The notes beneath the pieces are model-generated. The model was not told where the DNA came from and did not search any database. It saw nothing but the letters and a program-made list of their open reading frames with translations. From Felis catus (taxonomy: Eukaryota), in contig NC_058383.1 in assembly GCF_018350175.1 (NCBI RefSeq), forward strand, positions 5,768,001 to 5,832,000: DNA of 64,000 bases, written 5' to 3'. This document shows, piece after piece, positions 49,767-62,518 of the stretch. Numbering within the stretch: position 1 is the stretch's first letter; every line of letters starts with the position of its first letter. Position numbers and translations under genes: made by a program.

Positions 49767-50434
49767 GAAACCATGTCTGCTAAGTGAGACAAGATGTGAT
49801 TTGGCCTTCAAAGGAGCAGACATGATGATAAGTGACTGCCATATGCTGAGGCTGGATAAAAAGCCCTGACTAGCTGCCTAGGAGGACTCCTGGATGTGCA
49901 CTTAGTGGGTCCTTCTAGAACCTTCTAGGAACTGTTTCTCTCAACTTACGGTCTAGCACGCCTTTGCGCTGAAAAAGCACACTTTGAGCCTTGCCAGGAT
50001 TCCATGGGATCCTAATAGAATTGGAAAGCAGAAATGGTTGGTTTCCTTTCAAGTGAAATTTTAAAATGTTCCCATGATTCATTTGCAAAGAGATTCATTT
50101 AATAATAACTTCCAGCCACCGACAATATCATTGTTTTTTTTTTTTTTCTTCAAAAAATCTTTCTAATGGGCTAACCGTCAGCTGCCAGCCTTGTGTTGGC
50201 TAACACAGAATACTCAGCTCAGAGCGGGGCGTCATCTGTAGCTTTTTTGGGTTCTTCATCCCATAGGAGGCCAGGCGTTGCCCAGACTGACTCCAGGGAA
50301 GAATGTGCTTCTGGGGCCCAGGCTAACCTGCCCCACCCCTGCTCCTTCCTAGGTCATCCTGTCTGGGCCGCTTTGGCAAAGACGGCCAGTGTGGGCTGCA
50401 ACCCTGCTCTCTTCCAGACTTCAGAGTTGGGCTG

Positions 50435-50730
50435 GTGCTATGGACTGAATGTCCGTGCCCCCACCTCTCGCTCAAATTCATCTGTTGAAATCCTAACCCC
50501 TGAGGTGATGCCATGAGGAGGAGAGGCCGTTGGGAGGTGGTTAGGTCATGAGGGTGGAGTCCTCATGAACGGCATTAGTGCCTTTAGAGAAAAGACCCCA
50601 AAGAGCTTGCTCGAGGACACAGCGAGAAGGCATCATGGGGTCTGAGAACCAGAGAGCAGGCTGGCACCTTGATCTTGGATCCCCCCAGCCTCTAGAATGG
50701 TGAGAAGTGAGTTTCTGTTGTTTATAAGCC
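50435..50730 (+). mobile_element. MaLR LTR (MLT1A/MST-like)
   Basis: tgctatggactgaatgt...gttgaaatcctaacccc...ttctgttgtttataagcc. Confidence 0.85.
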
Positions 50731-50799
50731 CCCCTGGGGCTGCCCAGCCAATCTCTGTTTCCTAGCAGTGCCCCACCCCTTAGACTTTGGTAGGACCAC

Positions 50800-51342
50800 G
50801 TGTGACAGGTCGTAATTTCCAAACAATGATGTCAACACTATTTCTGGTCTCCTCCGTTCTTGCTGCTCTTTCATCAAGAAGTGGAATCTTTGTTTCTCCC
50901 CTTGAACTGGCGGAGCATCTTTGTGACAGCCTCACCCAGCAGAGGAAGTAGAGGCAATGTCATATGACTTCCAAGGCTGGCACACAGAAGGTGACGCAGC
51001 TTCTGCCTGGCTCTCTCTTGCGACAGGTGTTATTTGCAGCCCTGGGCCGCCTGGCATGAGTTGGGCTGTCCGGGCGCTGTCGTGCTGGAGAGATGGCATG
51101 GAGATAAAGGGTCACGTGGCCCCGTGGCGTCTTCCCAGCTCTGCATCAGACACGAAGGGGCACAAGCCTTCTCGACGACCCACCTCCTGCCCCCGCCCCA
51201 CGACTGCACCCCCCAGCAAGGCCCTGAGCAAAACCATCCAGCTGATCCCAGATTACCCTGCATTTTCAAGCAAAAAAATGATCCGTTGTCTCTTAAGCCG
51301 CTGTTTTGGTGTGATTTGTCCCACAAAAATAATCATAATACC
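50800..51342 (+). mobile_element. Older MaLR LTR (MLT1F/G/H-like)
   Basis: catcaagaagtggaatct...ccccttgaa and terminal ttaagccgctgttttggtgtgatttgt. Confidence 0.7.
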
Positions 51343-51392
51343 TTGTGAAGGGGAGTGAGATGGGTCATTTCCAGATCCAGGTAGTTAAGAGG

Positions 51393-51733
51393 TAGGGAGA
51401 CCATATGTCTCAGTTTGTGCAGACTCCATTACACCTGTTGTCTTGGCCTAATTCTTTTTTTTTTTTCTTAACATTTATTTTTGGGAGAGCACAAGTGGGG
51501 GAGGGACAGAGAGGGGGGACAGAGGATCCGAAGCGGGCTCTGCCCTGACAGGCTGACGGCAGCAAGCCCGATGTGAGGCTTGTGAACTTTCAAACCTCGA
51601 GATCAGGACCTGAGTTGAGATCGGACGCTCAATCGACTGAGCCACCCAGGTGCCCGGTGGCCTAATTCTTAATAACACCCCTTTTCACTCCCAAAGTGTC
51701 TGGATTTGGGAGATATGCTATATGGTCACCCTA
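51393..51733. mobile_element. MER96-like hAT MITE with terminal inverted repeats, interrupted by a SINE
   Basis: TIRs TAGGGAGACCATAT and ATATGGTCACCCTA. Confidence 0.75.
51454..51656 (-). mobile_element. Carnivore SINE (variant body) inside the MER96-like MITE
   Basis: TSD TGGCCTAATTCTT. Confidence 0.92.
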
Positions 51734-52924
51734 TTCAGAACCAGATGTACTTTGGGTTGGTTTGGGTTGGGTGGGGTTGGTGCAGACAAGAATGGTGACC
51801 TCGGGGGAGCCACAGATGGAAGTCCCCTGGGCCACAGAATCACCACATAGAGGAGCACCACCCATGACCCCAGACCCCCATTCTGGACTCTATGCAAACA
51901 AGACATAAATGCCAAGGGGAGTCATTGTTTTTGAGCCATGATACAGCTTGTTCATTACGGCAGTTAACGTTACCCTGAAATTTCTTATGAGCAAAAAGTT
52001 TACAAAGCAAGAGTAAAGGTATCAGTGTCGGGAACCTGTGCCCATTTGCTTTAGACCCACAGACCCCTAAATCACGTGAATCCATGGCCAGCGTTATGAA
52101 ATTTCTACGAACAAATAAATCTTTTTTTTTTTTTTTTAACCACATATCATGAATATGGACAATGTTTCCACCAGCTTCCTTCCCAGTTCTCGGTTCTCGC
52201 TTTAAAAGATCAGATGTACTTTGTGACAGTGGGTTCTTACATTTTAAAGAGGAAACTCCTCTGCGTTCAAGACTGTGGGCTTCGGGAGTCAGATGGGCTT
52301 AGTATGAATTAGTGTGGGGATGTTTATTAGCTGTGCCGCCCAGGAAAACATCACTGAACCTCTCTGCACCCCAGGTTCCTTACCTGTAAAATGACAATGA
52401 CAACATTGACTTTCCTCTTCTTTCTCCTCTTCCTTCTTTTTCCCTCTGATAAAATTTTGACAAGTTAATCCATGCGTATATCTGAAATAAGAGGTCCCAA
52501 AGTGCATGCATTAATGGTAAGCCTGTGTGGGTGGCTTTCGGTTTTCACCTTGAACTTGGCCTGTCTCTCATGCAGAAAAGCAGTGCTGTGGAGGGATGAT
52601 GGGGTCAGGACCCATAACCCGGTGTCTGCTCCACCCCGTATCCCTTCATCCACCTCTGACGTCACCTGCAGCCTGATGGATGGCTCGTGAGCTCAGTCCA
52701 TGCGCAGGGACAGCCCTGCCATGTGCCGGGGCTACCCCTAGGGACAACATTCACCCAGCTGGACGCCGGAGCCAGTGTGTGGGTGCCCGGTACCTGGTCT
52801 TGGAGAGATGAATGTGAGTCATCATCTCCATGGCTGCTCAGGTGTCCCGGGAGGACTGAGCGCTGGTGGCCTTTAGTGGTGACCAGAGTAATCACCAGTG
52901 ATTAGCTTTTCCTTCTTCCCTGCC

Positions 52925-53340
52925 TTGTCAGTATCCGAGGGCTGCCCTAACAAAGAGCCATAAACTGGGTGGCTTCAAACAACGGAAGTGTATTGTCTTA
53001 CAGTTTGGGAGCTAGAAGTCCACGATCAACGTGTCGGCGGGGCTGTGCTCCCTCAGAAGCCTCCCTTCCTCCTTCGCCTGCAGCTCCCGGTGCTGGCTGA
53101 CCGCCCTTGGCTTTGGCTGCATCTCTCCAACCTCTGCCTATGTTGTCACAGAGCCTTCTCCCTGTGCGTCTCTGTCTTCACATGGCTGTGTTCTTACAAG
53201 GACCCTAGTTATTGTAGCGAGCAGCCCACCCTCCTCCGGGGTGACCTCATCTTAACGAATCACACCTGCAATCGCCCTATTTCCAAATAAGGCCACATTT
53301 CGAGCTGCTGGGGGTTAGGACTTTAAATTCTTTTTGGAGC
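52925..53340 (-). mobile_element. MaLR LTR (MLT1B/C-like)
   Basis: gggctgccctaacaaa...aaactgggtggctt...ccctatttccaaataaggccacatt. Confidence 0.85.
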
Positions 53341-54549
53341 CCATGATTCCAGCCAGGATACCTGTTCCATTCTCTTTGCTCCCTCGGCCCTCTTTCCCCA
53401 AGAAATACCAGCACTTGATCCTTGTTACAGGCTCTGCTTTTGGGGGAGCCCAGACTGAGGCACTGGGGGCTGGCCTCAAGCTTTGCGGTTCCCCAGCCGT
53501 GAGGCCTGATGGACTGTGTCGGGGGATGTGTCGGCTCATCCGGAAATGCAGCAACGCCCTCATCTGGCCTTGTCAGCCTCCCCCTCCCTGACATGGTCCC
53601 TGAATAAGAAAATGTCTCTTGACTTGGGTTCCAAATCCCAGTGATCTGGGCTGGATCCCGTGGAGCTCCCTCTTTCCTAAGGTCCAGGGGTTTGGGACAA
53701 AGGCCAATTGTTCAAAACCATTAGCACCGGAGGATGGGGTCAGAGAAGTAGAGAGCAAGACAGAGCATATCAGCCCCCAGTGCCTGGGACCCATCTGGCC
53801 CCGGGTGGGGGGGCCTGGCTGCCTCTTGAGAGAAAAGCAGAGAGAGGGTGGCCAGCCCAGCATGGGAGGGAGCCAGGCCTGAGTCCTGTCACTCCCCAGT
53901 TCTTCAGGATGGGAGGTCAAAGGAGAGAGGAGAGCACTAGAAACGTGCGAGCCCTCTGGTGACAGTGACGTTGCACAATGGGTCCAGACAGGCCTGGAAT
54001 CTGACCGACGCTTCGCCCCTTCCTCCTGGAGGATCTGGGGTACATTAGGAAGGCTTTGTGAGCGAGTTTCACCCTAGAATACTGAAGAGAAGGCCAGGCG
54101 AGATGATATTTGCAAAGCCGCTTGATGAATAGTTAAGCGTAACGTACAGGACAGATACAATTTTAAAGGAGATGGAGAGAGCCCTAATTATAACTCCAGG
54201 GAAGTTTCATGAATCAGAACTCTCTTTCCCGGATGCTGATTGCTCGGAGGGTGGAGGGTACTAATTATGTGATGTGGGAAATACCTTCTTTCACATCCAG
54301 AACAAGCGGGGAGATATTTTTCTAGGAAGTTTTCCTGTGGACCAGGCAGATGGAATCATCTATCTGAAAATGCTTCCCATTAGGTCACCAGAGCTGCGTC
54401 GGGCACCTCGGGAGGGAGGCCTGCTGGCGGCTGGAGAGCTCACCTTCCTTGGTAGCCAGCAGCCAACAGGAGACAGAAGCTCCCAAGCCTTAAAACAAAA
54501 CAAAACAAAACAAAAAACAACAACCCCCCCCCCCAAAAAAAAACCCAAG

Positions 54550-55000
54550 CTGCAGCCATAAACTGTGTTTACAGCATTCTAGGGACTGAGGGCATCACTG
54601 AGGAAGGGAGGTTGCCAGAGTTATTCTTTTCTTTCTTCTTCTTTTTTTTTTACCTGAAAATAAAAGATCACCACCGACCTATGAATCATAAACCGGCAGT
54701 GACCGCGAGGCTCGCAGCCGGAAGGATTGCTGAGGGCCGTGGAGGCGCCGGCCGGGGGGCCCCCGGGAGCAGTTTCTCTTCCTGGAAGGGACTCCGGCTT
54801 GGCTGCCGTGAAAGCTTTATTTTCTTCTCTCCGGCTTCCTTGCTCGCTCGGTTCCAACCTTGCCCCCCTATCATTTTCTTCCCAGGCAGAGCGCACATTC
54901 CCGTTTCTGATAATGCTTCCTTCTTATGGCTCTCTCTCCTTTTTAAAAAATTTATTTCTTGATCCACCCACTTTATTTCTGCTTCCTGGGATTGTTTACC
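54550..55000. promoter_or_regulatory. Small orphan CpG-rich element; candidate distal enhancer
   Basis: CpG cluster at 54670-54905 in non-repeat DNA with FOX, ETS and STAT motifs. Confidence 0.45.
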
Positions 55001-55687
55001 AATGGAACGAATGCTGATATGATGTGAAACATGCCAGAAAGTGCCAGTGCCCTCCCTCCTCCTCCTGGCAGCACCCTTCTCCTCCCCCTACCCCAGAGCC
55101 GTGGCTGGAGAAAGGTGGGCTAAGGCCCAGGCCACAGAAGCCCCGTGGGTGCCTGGTGCCGGCCTGTTCCGGGACTTGCTGGGCTTGCTGGGCAGGAGGC
55201 AAAATACAGAGATCAGGTTTCCTGGGAGCACCGAGGTGCCTGGCATGGGAACCACTGTTAACACTAGATCCCTTCCCTCAGGAGCTCAGGCCAAGGTGGG
55301 GAGGGAGGTGGCTGAGAGAGGGTCTTGGGGGCAGAGGGGCGCCGGACACCCTGGGAGGCAGCCCATACTTGGGGGGCTTGGAGTTGTTCTAGAACCTTCC
55401 ACAATGCTACTCGTTTCTTCCTCACTTGTCCCCTGAGCCTTGGAAGGAACAGTGGGGCCACTCGGTAGTTGAGACACAGGTATGGGAGAAATTTCCTGGG
55501 CCCTTTTCCTTCCCACCCGATAGGTTACCTGCAAAGGGCTCGTGGCCACTCTTGAAGGGAGATTCACTCATCCCCTAGACGTTTCCTGAAGTCTTCTGTA
55601 TGTCAAGCAGGATGTTTAAGCCCACAGAGGCTGGGACAGACTGTCTGGGTTCCAATCCTGCCTCCATCACTTACGAACTGTGTGACT

Positions 55688-55903
55688 TAAAAAAAATTTT
55701 TTTTTTAATGTTTTTATTCACTTTTTGAGAGACAGAGCATGAGCGAGGGAGGGGCAGAGAGAGAGGGAGACACAGAATCCGAAGCAGGCTCCAGGCTCTG
55801 AGCTGTCAGCACAGAGCCTGACGCAGGGCTCGAACTCATGGACCACGAGATCATGACCTGAGCCGAAGTCGGACGCTTAACCGACTGAGCCACCCAGGCG
55901 CCC
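55688..55903 (-). mobile_element. Carnivore SINE
   Basis: Full structure; follows a MIR-like stretch. Confidence 0.95.
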
Positions 55904-55909
55904 GCCTCC

Positions 55910-56385
55910 TACATTTGTTCAATAAAAATAAGCTGTTCTGGGTGCTGGGCATGCAGAGATGCTCCTGACCCCATGGAGGCTTCACGTGGAGGGTGGAGAC
56001 AAAGCATAAACATGTGAACAAATAAATAAGAGAATTGCAGGGTCATGAGGAAAATTAAGCCCGCAACAGGATGGAGGGCAAGTGGCAGGTGTGTGTGGGG
56101 GACTGTGTTCTTTTAACCAAGGACGCTAAGGAAGGTCTTCCAGAGGAGGGGTACCTGCATGGAGATCTGAATAATGACAAGGATCAGCCAGGGAAAGAGC
56201 AAAGCAGTGGATTCCAGACAGTGGGGACGGCACGTGCAAAGGGCCGGTGTGTTGGATGAAGAGAAAGGCGTGGCTGAAGCCGGGGGTGGGGGGACACGGG
56301 AGAAGCAGTGTGCACATGAGGATGGCGAGAGGCAGGCCCAGGTCCCGGGGGGTCTAGCAGGCTGACGTCTTTTCTAATTGTAATA
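55910..56385 (-). mobile_element. L2 fragment
   Basis: ggaaggtcttccagaggagggg...cagtggggacggcacgtgcaaaggg. Confidence 0.7.
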
Positions 56386-56391
56386 AGAGAC

Positions 56392-57045
56392 CATACTCAT
56401 CGTCCAGGCCTGCAGCAACAGATTACCACAAACTTGGTGACTTAAAACAGAAATGCATTCTCTCTCAGAGGTCTGGAGGCCAGGACTCTGAAATCAACGG
56501 GGGTGCCTGGGGGGCTCAGTCGGCCGAGTGTCTGACTCTTGATTTCAGCTCAGGTCATCGTGTCACGGTTTGTGAGTTCAAGCCCCGTGTTGGCCGCTGC
56601 TCTGACAGTGCAGAGTCTACTGGGAATTCTCCCTTTCCCTCTCTCTCTGTGCCTCCCCCGCTCACACACACGCTCTTACTCTCTCAAAATAAATAAACTT
56701 AAAAAAAAAAAAGATGTTGGTAGAGCCGAGGTCCCTCCAAAGTTCTAGAGGAGGATCCTTCCTTGCCTCTTTGAGGTTCTGATGGCTCCAGCTCTTCCTT
56801 GGCTGTGGTCGTTCCTCTTCAGTCTCTGTCTTCACACGGTCCCCTCTCTGTGTCTCTGTGTTCTCTTCTTAGGACACCAGCCATCGGACGTAGCGCCCAC
56901 CAGAAATGCAACTCTCTTGAGATCCTTAATCATATCTGCAGAGACAGTGCCTCTGGATAAGGTCGCATTCACAGGTACCGGGGGTTAGGACTTGGACATA
57001 TCTTTTTGCGGGGGTGGGGGGGGGGAGCAATTCAACTCGCTGCAG
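56392..57045 (-). mobile_element. MaLR LTR (MLT1B/C-like), interrupted by a SINE
   Basis: attaccacaaacttggtgacttaaaaca...ataaggtcgcattcacaggtaccgggggttaggac. Confidence 0.85.
56499..56712 (+). mobile_element. Carnivore SINE inside an MLT1 LTR
   Basis: SINEC structure. Confidence 0.92.
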
Positions 57046-57199
57046 AGGCTGCTGGTAGTTTAAGCAACCTCAGGCAAGGCCACAGTTGGATCAAGAGAGC
57101 AACGAGACCTCTCTAAAATCATGTCTGAACATAGACAACGTGTGGATATGGTCCAAACCACAAGATGAACCAGACATCCCCCGTCCTGGCTAATGTGAC

Positions 57200-57430
57200 T
57201 CTTTTTTTTTTTTAAATAATTTTTTTTAACATGTATTTATTTTTGAGAGAGACACAGTGTGAGCAGGGGAGGGGCAGAGAGAGAGAGAGGGAGACAGAAT
57301 CAGACGCAGGCTCCAGGCTCTGAGCTGTCAGCACGGAGTCCGATGTGGGGCTCGAACCCACGAACCACAAGATCATGACCTGAGCCGAAGTCAGACGCTT
57401 AACCGACTGAGCCACCCAGGCACGCCCCCT
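57200..57430 (-). mobile_element. Carnivore SINE
   Basis: Flanked on both sides by CTC(T)n. Confidence 0.95.
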
Positions 57431-57732
57431 CTTTTTTTTTTTTTTAATCAACATCAGCTCTAGCTTTGCTCCAACTCTGTCATCTTCCAGAGAAGAAGAA
57501 TTAAGATGCCCAATCACAGCATTACCCCTGACACCTGAGAGCATCCAATCCAGAGCAAACCGTGCTTTCTTGAGCCCCCACCCCCACACCAAATCTAAAC
57601 CTCCATCCTGTAGTAGGTCCTAACTGAGATGGCCTAGGGTTCCTGGTAGTGTGTGCTCACCCTTGTTGCATCAAATTAACAGACCCGATTTTGTTTCATC
57701 CACAGTGTGCTCCCGGTGGCCACAGCTTGACG

Positions 57733-57910
57733 GACAGCATGGGCTTCATGGCCGTGGGACCTGCGTGGTCCACAGGGCTCTGCACTGAGAAGGGCCTCGC
57801 ACTTGGTTTAATACTATGTGGCCACCATATTGAAATCCTTAATAGTTTTTGAACGAAGGGCTCCTGGTGTTCATTCTTCACTGGCTCTTGCAAGCTCTGT
57901 AGCTGGTTCT
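57733..57910. mobile_element. MER91A-like hAT MITE
   Basis: ggcttcatggccgtgggacctgcg...gaagggcctcgcacttggtttaat...tgtagctggttctg. Confidence 0.8.
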
Positions 57911-58224
57911 GCTGAAGAGCATTGACAGTGGCTAATGGCAGGGTCCTTGTGGTAGAGAGAGTGACGAGTGGGTGGATTCGGGACTTTTTGGCCCATACAC
58001 GTAGGACCGGCTGCTAGTTTGGATTTGAGTTGGGGAATGCAAAGAAGAGAGAGAGAAAACTCTGAATTTTCTCCTGGGCTGGGAGTGCCCTTTACCAAAA
58101 TGGGAAATATTGGGTGGTCAAATCAAGCAGGTTTTGCAGTGGGTGAGGGGTTGGGTCAAGAGTCTTGATCTGGTGAAAATACACTTCTGATCGATTGATC
58201 GTACATTAAGGATAGGCATGCAAT

Positions 58225-58400
58225 GTTACATTTTTGAAGATTGGTAACTCAGTGTTGCACTACAGTTTTGCAAGATATTACCATAAGGCAGGAAGGAGGG
58301 GAGAATGGAATAAAGGGGACATGGGATCTCTCCATATTATTTCTTACAACTGCATGTGAATCTACAATTATCTCAAAATTAAAAGTTTAATTAAAAAAAT
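58225..58400 (+). mobile_element. LINE-1 extreme 3' end
   Basis: ttatttcttacaactgcatgtgaatctacaattatctcaaaattaaaagtttaattaaaaa. Confidence 0.8.
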
Positions 58401-59139
58401 TGGTGACCCAGAAAATCAGGATGTGAACGGATTGATAGGCGGCTCCAGGCAGGTGTTACTCATTTGTATTCATAAGTTCTTAAATCTGCAAGGGGCTTGG
58501 GGGCAGCTCACACAGGGGACGTGGTGATGGGGCCGTAGGTGGTGTCAGAAGGGCCAATGGTGGCCACTGTGGCACCTGAGTGTCCTTCCTGGTGTCTCAG
58601 TTGGGGGCTGATGGGGTGGAGAGCAGCTCATCTCTCCAAGGCACTGCCAGTAGACCGAGGAACATTGAGGAAAGTGACCTGGGCACTCGGCTCCTGTATC
58701 AGTTTCTGGTCACTTCAGCAGCAGGTGGGCCTGGGGTGCTTTGGGCCTGGACACCGTGAGGAGGAATGGAGGCCAGAATGGCTTCTGTTGGTCTCTACGT
58801 TTATGCTTCCATTTAGTTAGACTCAGGCTCCCAGGGGTGGGGGTGGGGGCAGCATCTCATCTTGATATTTGCAGATTTATTCACGGAACTCCCCACACAT
58901 CTGGATGAGAATATATGACTTGCCCCCCAGAGGAAATAGTTAAATGAATCGCTAAAGCACAAAATGTTCCCGTAAAATTGCTTCCATATTTTATTAGACG
59001 CAGATGAGCATGAATTATTGTGAAGCCAACAGGAGGGTTTGCAAATTGGGTTCTTGCCTTTCCATAAACAGTTCTTCCACACCTAGATCATTATGGAAAG
59101 GCTTTAATGAATGTTGGCTTGTGACGGGAGCATTGAATA

Positions 59140-59240
59140 ATTCATTCACCCGTCCACCCATCCACCCATCCATTCATTCATTCATCTATCCATCTGTCCA
59201 TCCATCCAACATTTATTGGGCACCACTGTATGCCAGGTAA
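59140..59240. repeat. (CCAT/CATT)n run at an L2 3' end
   Basis: Tetramer array followed by caacatttattgggcacc...tgccagg. Confidence 0.7.
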
Positions 59241-59440
59241 TGCAAGCTAACCTGTAGTTGCAGGTGCCATTTTCACTGACCCACTTTAAACGAGTCCTCT
59301 TGAGATAAGGTGACTTGGGGTTTGAATGTCATGAGAGGTTCACTTTTGGGGGGGAAGGGGCTCCCTTTCACGTATCTCAGGGGGCCACTGGCCACACAGA
59401 TTTTCTTTCACGTACCCCTCCACAGTTGAAAATGCTATTT

Positions 59441-59660
59441 GGGGGCGCCTGTGTGGCTCAGTCAGTTAAGCGTCCGACTCTTGATTTCGGCTCAGGTCGT
59501 GATCTCACGGTTCATGAGTTCAAGCCCCACATCGGGGGGTCTGCGCTGACAGCGTGGATTCTGCTTTGGATTTGCTCTCTCCCTCCCTCCCTCCCTCTGC
59601 CCCTCCCCTGCTCATGCTCTCTCACTCTCTTTCAAAATAAATAATAAACTTGGAAAAAAG
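59441..59660 (+). mobile_element. Carnivore SINE
   Basis: TSD GAAAATGCTA. Confidence 0.93.
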
Positions 59661-61235
59661 AGAAAATGCTACTTAACTTTAAATTCCTCTTTCTTAAACA
59701 CCGGCTCCTTGGTGTCAAGGTGTGAAATTTCTTGGAGGAAGAATGGACACAGTTGTGCAAACCTGGCTTTGAAGTGATTGGCTTCTCACATTCTGCGTGG
59801 CTCTGCTGAATTGATCCCAGCTGGGCGCCCGAAGGGGTCTGCTTTCTGCTTGGAATGCCCGGCTCGGGGCAGGGAGCAGGGGTGGGGGGACTGGGGATGA
59901 GAGGACACGCACCATTTCTCCTCCTCTGTCTGGAAGTTAAGCACAACAGTGTGGCTTGTAGGATTACTGGGAACCTGAGCAACCGGGGAACCATTCCCAC
60001 GCTCCCTCAGTCACCACGGGAGGAGGCGGGCAAGGGGAGTAGTTTCTCTGCTCGCCTTGGTCTGAGCTGGACACGGGAGTGGTGGCTGCCCGTGACGTGG
60101 TCTGGCAGGTGCCGGCTCAGTGGAGGGCTGGGTCCCAATGGGGTGAGGACTTCTAGGGTTGTTGGGGGCACTGCACGCCATCATTCAGTGGCGGGGTGGG
60201 GTGTGGGGTCTGCCCCCAGGAGGGTTTCTTGAGGAAAATCAACAAGTGGGAAGGACCCCCAGACGTGTCCCCTGTCGCACGGAAGCCCTTTACCTTGTGA
60301 GCATAGAAACAGCTCGGAGAGACCAATAACGCGTCCAAGATTACCCGGTGAGTGGTGGAGACTGGGTTTAACTTGCTACACTGCCCTGCACCACGGCTCC
60401 CCAGACAGGGACTGTGTGTTGATCCCTTTTCGAAGGCAAAAAGGTGTGGTGAAAAAATGTTTCGGGAGACATCTGTGAGGAGACCGCCGGGCAGAGAAAG
60501 ATGCTTCTCGCTGCATCTGTTTTCAGGTGGGTTAAGGTGTGGAGAAGAATGACCGGGCAAAGTCTGGAAGCATCTTCTCCCATCTGAAGGCCGCAGTCCA
60601 TGACCAAGCTGGGCAGACACCATGGTCACCCTCTTGATGACAGATAGTGGGTGCCTGGGTTGCTCAGAAACTCGGGAAACGGAGTTGTTAGAAACGGGCA
60701 TTCAAACTAAATTCTCCCGTTGTCCAGAGGGCTCAGGGAGCAGATGAATGGGCGGGAAGGAGGAGGAGCTGTCTGCTTCTTGTCAACTGAATGCTTCTCA
60801 GAAGCCCTTTTGGTTCAAACTTTCAAATTACACTGGGGAAAAAAAAAAAGATTTCTAGAACGTCTACTTTGGTAAATAGCGAAAGATAAATACAGGATCC
60901 TGTGGTGTTTCTGGGTCAGGGTTTTTACTTGTGAAGTCTCAGCGTGGTGTTCTGGAAACGCCCTGGCCTCAGCATCAGAAGACCCAGGCTGAGGGTGGGC
61001 TGGTCTGCTGGCTGTGTGACTTCTGGCAGGTCACAATGCACTACGTCTTTCCTTCACGACAGCAGAAGAGAGTAGCATTCGCTCTGTGGATGGTCCGAGG
61101 GTGTTGTAAAGCTCACACTGAATGAGCTTCTCACCTTGACTTCCAGATCCCTGTGCAGACATAAATTGCTGTAATCAACCAGAGGAGAGAGGAGACAGGA
61201 CCAAATGTCTTCTTTAAACCCAAGTTAGGCTTGCT

Positions 61236-61690
61236 TATTAGGTAGAGTTCTCCAGAAAAACAGAACCAATAGGATCTATCTATCTATCTGCCTACCTACC
61301 TACCTACCTATCTCAAAGGAGAGTTATACAATGAGGATTTGGCTCATGTGACATGGAGGCTGAGAAGTCCCACTGCCTGCCATCTACATGCTGGAGACCC
61401 AGAAAAGCGGATGATATAGAAGATCAAATGAGAAGTGATATTCCAGCTCAAGCAGTGAGTCAGGAAGAAAAGTAGCAAATTCCTCTTTCCTCCGTCTTCC
61501 GCTCTGTTCGGGCCCTCAGTGGATCAGATGAGGCCCACCCACACGGGAGAGGGCCATCTTCTTTCCTGAGTCCACACCTTCCAATGCGAATCTCACCCGG
61601 AAACACCCGCACAGATACTCCCAGAAATCACGTTTCATCCGGGCACCCCGTGGCCAGTCAAATTGACACCTAACATTACACTGACATCAC
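61236..61690 (-). mobile_element. MLT2-type (ERVL) solo LTR
   Basis: gttctccagaaaaacagaaccaatagga...ggaggctgagaagtccc...cagtcaaattgacac. Confidence 0.85.
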
Positions 61691-61889
61691 CATCTGGAAA
61701 GTTTCTTCTCATTCATGAAACTGGAGGCACGGTCTTTGGCAGCTCGGCTCGTTTCCTGAGGCAGGGGAGGAGACGGGAGCTCCGGGGAGGCTGTCAGGGA
61801 TGAGGATTCCAGACGCCAAAAGATGGAAGGGCACGTGAGGAAACACCAATGTGCAACATTCTTCAAGAGCCATAGCATAGATCAGAATA

Positions 61890-62074
61890 TCTTTCTTTTT
61901 TTAATTTGAGAGAGAGAGAGTGGGGGAGAGGGACAGAGGGAGAGAGAGAATCCTAAGCAGGCTCCATGCTCAGCGCAGAGCTGGGCACACCGTTTGATCC
62001 CGCAACCCTGGGGTCATGACCTGAGCTGAAATCAAGAGTCAGATGTTCGACCGACTGAGCCACCCAGGCGCCCC
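61890..62074 (-). mobile_element. Carnivore SINE (older subtype)
   Basis: TSD AGATCAGAATA. Confidence 0.92.
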
Positions 62075-62087
62075 AGATCAGAATACC

Positions 62088-62344
62088 CTTTTTTTTTTTT
62101 TTGAGAGAGAGAAAGAGAGAGGGCACAAGGGACAGAGAGAGAGAGAGAGAAAGTATCCCACGAGGGGTAGAGAAAGAGAGAAGTGGGGCTCACCCAAAGC
62201 AAAGGTCAAGTTCACCCGAAGCAGGGCTCGTGTTCACCTGAATGGCGCTCGAGCTCACTCAATGTGGGGCTTGAACTCACGAACCATGAGGTCATGACCT
62301 GAGCCAAAGTCAGATGCTTAACAATTGAGCCGCCCAGGGGCCCC
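62088..62344 (-). mobile_element. Carnivore SINE variant with an internal ~22-bp tandem repeat
   Basis: Repeated GGGCTCGAGCTCACCCGAA-like units at 62183-62280; TSD AGAATA. Confidence 0.88.
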
Positions 62345-62518
62345 AGAATATCTTTTGGTAGTTTTTATGCAATGGGTGTGTTTCTTTGAAGGTGATGCCA
62401 CCTGGAGCCTCGAGATGGACTCGGATTGCATTTAGAGAGCTACCCTCAGGATCTGAGATCTAGGTGCTGCGTTCAGGTGCACCCCCTATTATACATAATC
62501 GCTCGGCATCTGAGCTAT

